Source: Nemertoderma westbladi
Taxonomy: Eukaryota; Animalia; Xenacoelomorpha
Reading direction: 5' to 3'
DNA: 64,000 bases
Assembly (NCBI GenBank): GCA_032718475.1
Contig: JAUCBJ010004498.1
Location: 1 to 64,000 of the forward strand
Shown here: positions 50,801 to 64,000 of the stretch, piece after piece
Numbering within the stretch: the first letter of the stretch is position 1
Layout of the letters: each line of letters opens with the position of its first letter
The notes under the pieces: model-generated
What the model saw: only the letters and a program-made list of their open reading frames with translations
What the model was told of the DNA's origin: nothing
Database searches by the model: none
Translations under genes and position numbers: made by a program

Positions 50801-53800
50801 TACTCGTTATCCTTGACTCACCTGTTCTCCATGATACAGACTATTTACTCGTTATCCTTGACTCACTTGTTCTCCATGATACAGACTATTTACTCGTTAT
50901 CCTTGACTCACTTGTTCTCCATGATACAGACTATTTACTCGTTAACCTTGACTCACTTGTTCTCCATGATACAGACTATTTACTCGTTATCCTTGACTCA
51001 CTTGTTCTCCACGATACAGACTATTTACTCGTTATCCTTGACTCACTTGTTCTCAATGATACAGACTATTTACTCGTTATCCTTGACTCACTTTTCTCCA
51101 TGATACAGACTATTTACTCGTTATCCTTGACTCACTTGTTCTCCATGATACAGACTATTTACTCGTTATCCTTGACTCACTTGTTCTCCATGATACAGAC
51201 TATTTACTCGTTATCCTTGACTCACTTGTTCTCCATTATACAGACTATTTACTCGTTATCCTTGACTCACTTGTTCTCCATGATACAGACTATTTACTCG
51301 TTATCCTTGACTCACTTGTTCTCCACGATACAGACTATTTACTCGTTATCCTTGACTCACTTGTTCTCCATGATACAGACTATTTACTCGTTATCCTTGA
51401 CTCACCTGTTCTCCATGATACAGACTATTTACTCGTTATCCTTGACTCACTTGTTCTCCATGATACAGACTATTTACTCGTTATCCTTGACTCACTTGTT
51501 CTCCATGATACAGACTATTTACTCGTTATCCTTGACTCACTTGTTCTCCATGATACAGACTATTTACTCGTTATCCTTCACTCACTTGTTCTCCATGGTA
51601 CAGACTATTTACTCGTTATCCTTGACTCACTTGTTCTCCATGATACAGACTATTTAGTCGTTATCCTTGACTCACTTGTTCTCAATGATACAGACTATTT
51701 ACTCGTTATCCTTGACTCACTTGTTCTCCATGATACAGACTATTTACTCGTTATCCTTGACTCACCTGTTCTCCATGATACAGACTATTTACTCGTTATC
51801 CTTGACTCACTTGTTCTCCATGATACAGACTATTTACTCGTTATCCTTGACTCACCTGTTCTCCATGATACAGACTATTTACTCGTTATCCTTGACTCAC
51901 TTGTTCTCCATGATACAGACTATTTACTCGTTATCCTTGACTCACCTGTTCTCCATGATACAGACTATTTACTCGTTATCCTTGACTCACTTGTTCTCCA
52001 TGATACAGACTATTTACTCGTTATCCTTGACTCACTTGTTCTCCACGATACAGACTATTTACTCGTTATCCTTGACTCACTTGTTCTCCATGATACAGAC
52101 TATTTACTCGTTATCCTTGACTCACTTGTTCTCCATTATACAGACTATTTACTCGTTATCCTTGACTCACTTGTTCTCCATGATACAGACTATTTACTCG
52201 TTATCCTTGACTCACCTGTTCTCCATGATACAGACTATTTACTCGTTATCCTTGACTCACTTGTTCTCCATGATACAGACTATTTACTCGTTATCCTTGA
52301 CTCACCTGTTCTCCATGATACAGACTATTTACTCGTTATCCTTGACTCACTTGTTCTCCATGATACAGACTATTTACTCGTTATCCTTGACTCACTTGTT
52401 CTCAATGATACAGACTATTTACTCGTTATCCTTGACTCACTTGTTCTCCATGATACAGACTATTTACTCGTTATCCTTGACTCACTTGTTCTCAATGATA
52501 CAGACTATTTACTCGTTATCCTTGACTCACTTGTTCTCCATGATACAGACTATTTACTCGTTATCCTTGACTCACTTGTTCTCCATGATACAGAATATTT
52601 ACTCGTTATCCTTGACTCACTTGTTCTCCATGATACAGACTATTTACTCGTTATCCTTGACTCACTTGTTCTCCATGATACAGACTATTTACTCGTTATC
52701 CTTGACTCACTTGTTCTCAATGATACAGACTATTTACTCGTTATCCTTGACTCACTTGTTCTCCATGATACAGACTATTTACTCGTTATCCTTGACTCAC
52801 TTGTTCTCCATGATACAGACTATTTACTCGTTATCCTTGACTCACTTGTTCTCCATGATACAGACTATTTACTCGTTATCCTTGACTCTCTTGTTCTCCA
52901 TGATACAGACTATTTACTCGTTATCCTTGACTCACCTGTTCTCAATGATACAGACTATTTACTCGTTATCCTTGACTCGCCTGTTCTCAATGATACAGAC
53001 TATTTACTCGTTATCCTTGACTCACTTGTTCTCCATGATACAGACTATTTACTCGTTATCCTTGACTCACTTGTTCTCCACGATACAGACTATTTACTCG
53101 TTATCCTTGACTCACTTGTTCTCCATGATACAGACTATTTACTCGTTATCCTTGACTCACTTTTCTCCATGATACAGACTATTTACTCGTTATCCTTGAC
53201 TCACTTGTTCTCCATGATACAGACTATTTACTCGTTATCCTTGACTCACTTGTTCTCCATGATACAGACTATTTACTCGTTATCCTTGACTCACTTGTTC
53301 TCCATGATACAGACTATTTACTCGTTATCCTTGACTCACTTGTTCTCCATGATACAGACTATTTACTCGTTATCCTTTACTCACTTGTTCTCCATGATAC
53401 AGACTATTTACTCGTTGTCCTTGACTCACTTGTTCTCCATGATACAGACTATTTACTCGTTATCCTTGACTCACTTGTTCTCCACGATACAGACTATTTA
53501 CTCGTTATCCTTGACTCACTTGTTCTCCATGATACAGACTATTTACTCGTTATCCTTGACTCACTTGTTCTCCATGATACAGACTATTTACTCGTTATCC
53601 TTGACTCACTTGTTCTCCATGATACAGACTATTTACTCGTTATCCTTGACTCACTTGTTCTCCATGATACAGACTATTTACTCGTTATCCTTGACTCACT
53701 TGTTCTCCATGATACAGACTATTTACTCGTTATCCTTTACTCACTTGTTCTCCATGATACAGACTATTTACTCGTTGTCCTTGACTCACTTGTTCTCCAT

Positions 53801-56800
53801 GATACAGACTATTTACTCGTTATCCTTGACTCACTTGTTCTCCATGATACAGACTATTTACTCGTTATCCTTGACTCACTTGTTCTCCATGATACAGACT
53901 ATTTACTCGTTGTCCTTGACTCACTTGTTCTCCATGATACAGACTATTTACTCGTTATCCTTGACTCACTTGTTCTCCATGATACAGACTATTTACTCGT
54001 TATCCTTGACTCACTTGTTCTCCATGATACAGACTATTTACTCGTTATCCTTGACTCACTTGTTCTCCATGATACAAACTATTTACTCGTTATCCTTGAC
54101 TCACTTGTTCTCCATGATACAGACTATTTACTCGTTATCCTTGACTCACTTGTTCTCCATGATACAAACTATTTACTCGTTATCCTTGACTCACTTGATC
54201 TCCATGGAACAGAATATTTACTCGTTATCCTTGACTCACTTGTTCTCCATGATACAAACTATTTACTCGTTATCCTTGACTCAGTTGTTCTGCATGGAAC
54301 AGACTATTTACTCGTTATCCTTGGACTCACTTGTTCTCAATGATACAGACTATTTACTCGTTATCCTTGACTCACTTGTTCTCCATGATACAGACTATTT
54401 ACTCGTTATCCTTGACTCACTTGTTCTCCATGATACAGACTATTTACTCGTTATCCTTGACTCACTTGTTCTCCATGATACAGACTATTTACTCGTTATC
54501 CTTGACTCACTTGTTCTCCATGATACAGACTATTTACTCGTTATCCTTGACTCACCTGTTCTCCATGATACAGACTATTTACTCGTTATCCTTGACTCAC
54601 TTGTTCTCCATGATACAGACTATTTACTCGTTATCCTTGACTCACTTGTTCTCCATGATACAGACTATTTACTCGTTATCCTTGACTCACTTGTTCTCCA
54701 TGATACAGACTATTTACTCGTTATCCTTGACTCACTTGTTCTCCATGATACAGACTATTTACTCGTTATCCTTGACTCACTTGTTCTCCATGATACAGAC
54801 TATTTACTCGTTATCCTTGACTCACTTGTTCTCAATGATACAGACTATTTACTCGTTATCCTTGACTCACTTGTTCTCCATGATACAGACTATTTACTCG
54901 TTATCCTTGACTCACTTGTTCTCCATGATACAGACTATTTACTCGTTATCCTTGACTCACTTGTTCTCCATGATACAGACTATTTACTCGTTATCCTTGA
55001 CTCACTTGTTCTCCATGATACAGACTATTTACTCGTTATCCTTGACTCACCTGTTCTCAATGATACAGACTATTTACTCGTTATCCTTGACTCGCCTGTT
55101 CTCAATGATACAGACTATTTACTCGTTATCCTTGACTCACTTGTTCTCCATGATACAGACTATTTACTCGTTATCCTTGACTCACTTGTTCTCCACGATA
55201 CAGACTATTTACTCGTTATCCTTGACTCACTTGTTCTCCATGATACAGACTATTTACTCGTTATCCTTGACTCACTTTTCTCCATGATACAGACTATTTA
55301 CTCGTTATCCTTGACTCACTTGTTCTCCATGATACAGACTATTTACTCGTTATCCTTGACTCACTTGTTCTCCATGATACAGACTATTTACTCGTTATCC
55401 TTGACTCACTTGTTCTCCATGATACAGACTATTTACTCGTTATCCTTGACTCACTTGTTCTCCATGATACAGACTATTTACTCGTTATCCTTTACTCACT
55501 TGTTCTCCATGATACAGACTATTTACTCGTTGTCCTTGACTCACTTGTTCTCCATGATACAGACTATTTACTCGTTATCCTTGACTCACTTGTTCTCCAC
55601 GATACAGACTATTTACTCGTTATCCTTGACTCACTTGTTCTCCATGATACAGACTATTTACTCGTTATCCTTGACTCACTTGTTCTCCATGATACAGACT
55701 ATTTACTCGTTATCCTTGACTCACTTGTTCTCCATGATACAGACTATTTACTCGTTATCCTTGACTCACTTGTTCTCCATGATACAGACTATTTACTCGT
55801 TATCCTTGACTCACTTGTTCTCCATGATACAGACTATTTACTCGTTATCCTTTACTCACTTGTTCTCCATGATACAGACTATTTACTCGTTGTCCTTGAC
55901 TCACTTGTTCTCCATGATACAGACTATTTACTCGTTATCCTTGACTCACTTGTTCTCCATGATACAGACTATTTACTCGTTATCCTTGACTCACTTGTTC
56001 TCCATGATACAGACTATTTACTCGTTATCCTTGACTCACCTGTTCTCCATGATACAGACTATTTACTCGTTATCCTTGACTCACTTGTTCTCCATGATAC
56101 AGACTATTTACTCGTTATCCTTGACTCACCTGTTCTCCATGATACAGACTATTTACTCGTTATCCTTGACTCACTTGTTCTCCATGATACAGACTATTTA
56201 CTCGTTATCCTTGACTCACCTGTTCTCCATGATACAGACTATTTACTCGTTATCCTTGACTCACTTGTTCTCCATGATACAGACTATTTACTCGTTATCC
56301 TTGACTCACTTGTTCTCCACGATACAGACTATTTACTCGTTATCCTTGACTCACTTGTTCTCCATGATACAGACTATTTACTCGTTATCCTTGACTCACT
56401 TGTTCTCCATTATACAGACTATTTACTCGTTATCCTTGACTCACTTGTTCTCCATGATACAGACTATTTACTCGTTATCCTTGACTCACCTGTTCTCCAT
56501 GATACAGACTATTTACTCGTTATCCTTGACTCACTTGTTCTCCATGATACAGACTATTTACTCGTTATCCTTGACTCACCTGTTCTCCATGATACAGACT
56601 ATTTACTCGTTATCCTTGACTCACTTGTTCTCCATGATACAGACTATTTACTCGTTATCCTTGACTCACTTGTTCTCAATGATACAGACTATTTACTCGT
56701 TATCCTTGACTCACTTGTTCTCCATGATACAGACTATTTACTCGTTATCCTTGACTCACTTGTTCTCAATGATACAGACTATTTACTCGTTATCCTTGAC

Positions 56801-59800
56801 TCACTTGTTCTCCATGATACAGACTATTTACTCGTTATCCTTGACTCACTTGTTCTCCATGATACAGAATATTTACTCGTTATCCTTGACTCACTTGTTC
56901 TCCATGATACAGACTATTTACTCGTTATCCTTGACTCACTTGTTCTCCATGATACAGACTATTTACTCGTTATCCTTGACTCACTTGTTCTCAATGATAC
57001 AGACTATTTACTCGTTATCCTTGACTCACTTGTTCTCCATGATACAGACTATTTACTCGTTATCCTTGACTCACTTGTTCTCCATGATACAGACTATTTA
57101 CTCGTTATCCTTGACTCACTTGTTCTCCATGATACAGACTATTTACTCGTTATCCTTGACTCTCTTGTTCTCCATGATACAGACTATTTACTCGTTATCC
57201 TTGACTCACCTGTTCTCAATGATACAGACTATTTACTCGTTATCCTTGACTCGCCTGTTCTCAATGATACAGACTATTTACTCGTTATCCTTGACTCACT
57301 TGTTCTCCATGATACAGACTATTTACTCGTTATCCTTGACTCACTTGTTCTCCACGATACAGACTATTTACTCGTTATCCTTGACTCACTTGTTCTCCAT
57401 GATACAGACTATTTACTCGTTATCCTTGACTCACTTTTCTCCATGATACAGACTATTTACTCGTTATCCTTGACTCACTTGTTCTCCATGATACAGACTA
57501 TTTACTCGTTATCCTTGACTCACTTGTTCTCCATGATACAGACTATTTACTCGTTATCCTTGACTCACTTGTTCACCATGATACAGACTATTTACTCGTT
57601 ATCCTTGACTCACTTGTTCTCCATGATACAGACTATTTACTCGTTATCCTTTACTCACTTGTTCTCCATGATACAGACTATTTACTCGTTGTCCTTGACT
57701 CACTTGTTCTCCATGATACAGACTATTTACTCGTTATCCTTGACTCACTTGTTCTCCACGATACAGACTATTTACTCGTTATCCTTGACTCACTTGTTCT
57801 CCATGATACAGACTATTTACTCGTTATCCTTGACTCACTTGTTCTCCATGATACAGACTATTTACTCGTTATCCTTGACTCACTTGTTCTCCATGATACA
57901 GACTATTTACTCGTTATCCTTGACTCACTTGTTCTCCATGATACAGACTATTTACTCGTTATCCTTGACTCACTTGTTCTCCATGATACAGACTATTTAC
58001 TCGTTATCCTTTACTCACTTGTTCTCCATGATACAGACTATTTACTCGTTGTCCTTGACTCACTTGTTCTCCATGATACAGACTATTTACTCGTTATCCT
58101 TGACTCACTTGTTCTCCATGATACAGACTATTTACTCGTTATCCTTGACTCACTTGTTCTCCATGATACAGACTATTTACTCGTTGTCCTTGACTCACTT
58201 GTTCTCCATGATACAGACTATTTACTCGTTATCCTTGACTCACTTGTTCTCCATGATACAGACTATTTACTCGTTATCCTTGACTCACTTGTTCTCCATG
58301 ATACAGACTATTTACTCGTTATCCTTGACTCACTTGTTCTCCATGATACAAACTATTTACTCGTTATCCTTGACTCACTTGTTCTCCATGATACAGACTA
58401 TTTACTCGTTATCCTTGACTCACTTGTTCTCCATGATACAAACTATTTACTCGTTATCCTTGACTCACTTGATCTCCATGGAACAGAATATTTACTCGTT
58501 ATCCTTGACTCACTTGTTCTCCATGATACAAACTATTTACTCGTTATCCTTGACTCAGTTGTTCTGCATGGAACAGACTATTTACTCGTTATCCTTGGAC
58601 TCACTTGTTCTCAATGATACAGACTATTTACTCGTTATCCTTGACTCACTTGTTCTCCATGATACAGACTATTTACTCGTTATCCTTGACTCACTTGTTC
58701 TCCATGATACAGACTATTTACTCGTTATCCTTGACTCACTTGTTCTCCATGATACAGACTATTTACTCGTTATCCTTGACTCACTTGTTCTCCATGATAC
58801 AGACTATTTACTCGTTATCCTTGACTCACCTGTTCTCCATGATACAGACTATTTACTCGTTATCCTTGACTCACTTGTTCTCCATGATACAGACTATTTA
58901 CTCGTTATCCTTGACTAACTTGTTCTCCATGATACAGACTATTTACTCGTTATCCTTGACTCACTTGTTCTCCATGATACAGACTATTTACTCGTTATCC
59001 TTGACTCACTTGTTCTCCATGATACAGACTATTTACTCGTTATCCTTGACTCACTTGTTCTCCATGATACAGACTATTTACTCGTTATCCTTGACTCACT
59101 TGTTCTCAATGATACAGACTATTTACTCGTTATCCTTGACTCACTTGTTCTCCATGATACAGACTATTTACTCGTTATCCTTGACTCACTTGTTCTCCAT
59201 GATACAGACTATTTACTCGTTATCCTTGACTCACTTGTTCTCCATGATACAGACTATTTACTCGTTATCCTTGACTCACTTGTTCTCCATGATACAGACT
59301 ATTTACTCGTTATCCTTGACTCACCTGTTCTCAATGATACAGACTATTTACTCGTTATCCTTGACTCGCCTGTTCTCAATGATACAGACTATTTACTCGT
59401 TATCCTTGACTCACTTGTTCTCCATGATACAGACTATTTACTCGTTATCCTTGACTCACTTGTTCTCCATGATACAGACTATTTACTCGTTATCCTTGAC
59501 TCACTTGTTCTCCATGATACAGACTATTTACTCGTTATCCTTGACTCACTTTTCTCCATGATACAGACTATTTACTCGTTATCCTTGACTCACTTGTTCT
59601 CCATGATACAGACTATTTACTCGTTATCCTTGACTCACTTGTTCTCCATGATACAGACTATTTACTCGTTATCCTTGACTCACTTGTTCTCCATGATACA
59701 GACTATTTACTCGTTATCCTTGACTCACTTGTTCTCCATGATACAGACTATTTACTCGTTATCCTTTACTCACTTGTTCTCCATGATACAGACTATTTAC

Positions 59801-61185
59801 TCGTTGTCCTTGACTCACTTGTTCTCCATGATACAGACTATTTACTCGTTATCCTTGACTCACTTGTTCTCCACGATACAGACTATTTACTCGTTATCCT
59901 TGACTCACTTGTTCTCCATGATACAGACTATTTACTCGTTATCCTTGACTCACTTGTTCTCCATGATACAGACTATTTACTCGTTATCCTTGACTCACTT
60001 GTTCTCCATGATACAGACTATTTACTCGTTATCCTTGACTCACTTGTTCTCCATGATACAGACTATTTACTCGTTATCCTTGACTCACTTGTTCTCCATG
60101 ATACAGACTATTTACTCGTTATCCTTTACTCACTTGTTCTCCATGATACAGACTATTTACTCGTTGTCCTTGACTCACTTGTTCTCCATGATACAGACTA
60201 TTTACTCGTTATCCTTGACTCACTTGTTCTCCATGATACAGACTATTTACTCGTTATCCTTGACTCACTTGTTCTCCATGATACAGACTATTTACTCGTT
60301 GTCCTTGACTCACTTGTTCTCCATGATACAGACTATTTACTCGTTATCCTTGACTCACTTGTTCTCCATGATACAGACTATTTACTCGTTATCCTTGACT
60401 CACTTGTTCTCCATGATACAGACTATTTACTCGTTATCCTTGACTCACTTGTTCTCCATGATACAAACTATTTACTCGTTATCCTTGACTCACTTGTTCT
60501 CCATGATACAGACTATTTACTCGTTATCCTTGACTCACTTGTTCTCCATGATACAAACTATTTACTCGTTATCCTTGACTCACTTGATCTCCATGGAACA
60601 GAATATTTACTCGTTATCCTTGACTCACTTGTTCTCCATGATACAAACTATTTACTCGTTATCCTTGACTCAGTTGTTCTGCATGGAACAGACTATTTAC
60701 TCGTTATCCTTGGACTCACTTGTTCTCAATGATACAGACTATTTACTCGTTATCCTTGACTCACTTGTTCTCCATGATACAGACTATTTACTCATTATCC
60801 TTGACTCACTTGTTCTCCATGATACAGACTATTTACTCGTTATCCTTGACTCACTTGTTCTCCATGATACAGACTATTTACTCGTTATCCTTGACTCACT
60901 TGTTCTCCATGATACAGACTATTTACTCGTTATCCTTGACTCACTTGTTCTCCATGATACAGACTATTTACTCGTTATCCTTGACTCACTTGTTCTCCAT
61001 GATACAGACTATTTACTCGTTAACCTTGACTCACTTGTTCTCCATGATACAGACTATTTACTCGTTATCCTTGACTCACTTGTTCTCCATGATACAGACT
61101 ATTTACTCGTTATCCTTGACTCACTTGTTCTCCATGATACAGACTATTTACTCGTTATCCTTGACTCACTTGTTCTCCATGGAAC
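47815..61185. repeat. 45-bp satellite (ttactcgttatccttgactcacttgttctccatgatacagactat), about 297 copies with higher-order repeats
   Basis: Read directly; diagnostic indels recur at ~2.1-kb intervals. Confidence 0.99.
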
Positions 61186-63076
61186 AGGGCATCCGATCCC
61201 CTCTCTAGCATCATACTGAGTGTCGGCATCTCGATTGGCTTCGGTTTGGATCCAACGAAGAGCGAGTGAGCCAACCCGGAAGCTCGGCCCTCCGCAGTTC
61301 CCAGATTGGACGAACTCTTCTCCGAACCCAGTAGATGGTCCGCGTGACTCGCGTGGCTCCCGGAAGGCCGACGGCCAATCCCTAAACCGGCCTCTGAGTC
61401 AGTGAAACTGCCCTCGGGGATCGGCTCTGTCGAAGCGGTCGAAGGTTCAGCATCGTCCAACTTGCCGTGCAAGAGATTAGCCATGTAGAGACACGGCAAA
61501 TACGTCATTCTGATATACTTATTCGAGGGGCATCCCTGATTAATAATGGAATCCATGGGTATGCCAGCAAGGTCAGAACCAATCACTAACGTTATATCGT
61601 TGGAATTACTATTGGAATCTCTGATCTGATATTCTATTGGTTGTATCAATAATTCATGCAACTCTTTCAGCCATGACTGCATCAAAGTTATATCGCAATT
61701 CGTTGGAAGTGATTTATTTTCATTCATCATTTCGTGTGTTTCTGAATTCTTATTTGGGAGAGAACGCATTTCCGTATCGTATTTTAACCTCGCTTGAATC
61801 CCGCAGGTTCTAACGCAGTTAGCTAACGTTCGGACTCTCTGTACTACTCCATTGTCTTCCATTGACTGCGGAGTATTAGTAGTACGATAATTGTAAAATA
61901 AATTGAGACCTGTTGATGGTGTAATAAACCACACAGATAGTTCCTTGCTACTCGACCAAAAGTACAACACATTGGTTCCAAGTAAATTTACCGAATCGAC
62001 AATTGCAGATATTGTGCAGCTGGCCGGCGACAAGCGGGACCTTTCTTGATTACGGCGGGACAAAGTGTTTAATAACTCATGTCTATTAACCTTTTCTACA
62101 AATACCAGAGCTTTTTCGTGATTCCCTAATTTAGAATTAACTGTGATGGAAGCGGAGTAACACTCCCGCAAACTATCCCAAAGTTCGTTCGGGCCGGAAA
62201 TGATTTCAGAAGTTCGAGAATTTATTTTTCGCTCGTAGAATTCGATGGCGGTTTCGAGCAGACTTCGAGCTTTCTCCAGGTCCTTCTCCGACATGCTGTC
62301 GCCCATGGCAACACCGAGCCGACCCCGACAAACAGTCGCTAAGTCCTCGTTGAAAGTCGCGGCTATAACCACCGACTGCTCGTGGTAGTAGAGAGCCTTG
62401 GTGTACTGGCCTGAACGCTGATTGGCTAATCCGAGTTTGGACAAGGCCTTGCACTCGATATCCCGTCCCTCTAGTCTTCGCGAGAATTTAAAATATTCCT
62501 GAAAATATTCCACGGATTTCAGAGGTTCTCCGAATTTAAGTAATGCATCCCCGAGGCGATATAGGGTATTAATTCTCAACTCGATTTTATTTAGAAATTT
62601 AGCTGAGTTACAGGCATTTTCGAGAAAACGTAAAGATAGCTTACCGTTTCCCAAAGCCGTATAAACCGAACCGATTGAATATTTGGCGACGCATTTCGCA
62701 ACCGGGTCTTCGATTCGCTCCGCTATGTCCAGTTGATTATTGTAGTGAATCAGCGCTTCCTTGTAGCTCCCTAAGGACTCGCATATCTCACCCAGGTTGT
62801 TTTCGCAGAGGGCCAAATTGGAGAGCGTTTCGTACGGGGTTCGTGTCCAACGCTCAGATTTAGCGTCTCCGTAAGCGCTCGCCTTGCGCCGTAAGCGATC
62901 CGTAGCAGAAGTATGTTTGGAAGGCACTATACGTTTGGGGATGTCAACTGTCTTTATTGGAGATGCTATTTCTTGGAGGAGTCGCATATTCCTCGATGCG
63001 TTCAAATATGCCGACTCCAAATCTCCAATCTCTGTGTAGCAAACACTCAGAGCATAATTTGCTTCTATTTCACATT
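61170..63076 (-). CDS. Large coding exon of a TPR-repeat/CHAT-domain protein (TTC28-like)
   Basis: TPR helices (NNLGEICESLGSYKEAL, LSKLGLANQRSGQYTKAL), then CHAT N-terminal-like LKELHELLIQPI...LAGIPM. Acceptor tttcag ends at 63077 with an open frame from there (CEIEANYALSVCY); candidate phase-0 donor CAA|GTGAGT at 61170/61169. If unspliced, the ORF stops at 61155. Confidence 0.8.
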
Positions 63077-64000
63077 CTGAAAATTATAAATGATAGGTCT
63101 GATTGCAAATAATTACATAATTAAATGGCAATCACCCAATCAGAAGATGAATTGATGGTGATACATTCACCAATAAATTATACCAACATAAATTTGAATA
63201 CATACAGTAAGTAGTATTAAAAGGCCAAAAAATATTTAATATAATATGGTATAATAACGCTCCGCATAGCGAAAAACATATCAAAAATTAACCCTATTGG
63301 GGCTCGAAACTGGTACCTAGGTTATAAAGTTCCATTTCCCTTCAGCCACGTTTGTTGGGTCTAAGACTACCGAGCTGCTAGAAGTAATCTTGAAACATAG
63401 GTACTGGGTTCGATCCTTAATCGCGTCGGTTGATTATGTTCCGCTATGTTATATTTAATACACCGGTACTGTAACTCTAGCTCATTAAAATTTATTTATT
63501 ATTTAAAAATTATTTAAAATCAAAAACCATTTAAGATGCGTTTTGTTACATTGTATTAATTAGCGTTTAAAATTCTAGGAATAGGCGATCTACAAAAATT
63601 AATTTTATTATTATTATTATCAAAAATAATTATTCAATACCAAAATTAAATGACCGTAAAAACATATCATAATTGGAGCTAGACGTTCGTTATAAGCTTT
63701 AGGAGAATTAAATTTATTTGGAAAACAAGTATACTATGACGCTGAAAAGTAATCAATTCCATTGAGGAGGGGAGGGGGGGGGGGGGGGGGTGTGTACACA
63801 TTTATAGACATATAGAAACAAAAAAGTTCTAGAACACATCTTGAGTAATCTTGCCGTTGTGCTATAGTGGCTGATAGCCTTTGTAGGCAAAGTGTAAGAT
63901 AGTTTCAACTTCACAGTTGTCGTAGCTCGTAGTAACTGGAATTCTTAGAATTAAATGGATATATTGAATGTTAATATGACATCAATATTCATCACATGTA

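Noticed and set aside
47760-61219. Very long plus-strand ORFs (MIQTIYSLSLTHLFS)n / (DTDYLLVILDSLVLH)n up to 1425 aa
   Set aside because: A 45-bp unit without stops in two frames produces them automatically; recurrent 1-2 bp indels switch frames freely, so there is no sign of coding constraint

Overview
AT-rich, repeat-rich eukaryotic (invertebrate animal-like) genomic DNA. Genes: an intronless class A GPCR (-), an intronless TMEM35/DoxX-like membrane protein (-), four intronless CYP2-clan cytochrome P450s (two forming a head-to-head palindromic duplication, all sharing patchy near-identical tracts suggestive of gene conversion), and one large exon of a TPR/CHAT (TTC28-like) gene (-). About a third of the window is tandem repeat: a self-complementary 22-bp array, a 29-bp GC-rich array, a 39-bp array and a 13.4-kb 45-bp array. 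The 45-bp unit overlaps the 3' end of the TTC28-like exon and contains a perfect GTGAGT splice donor (TGACTCA AP-1 motif on the other strand), repeated roughly 300 times with ~2.1/4.3-kb higher-order structure. The rest holds decayed RTE and CRE-like LINEs, nested non-autonomous DNA transposons with TSDs, tRNA-derived SINE fragments, and frequent TA-flanked micro-insertions. Two of these break RT reading frames exactly as Tc1/mariner excision footprints would. Long ORFs over the satellites are treated as artefacts.
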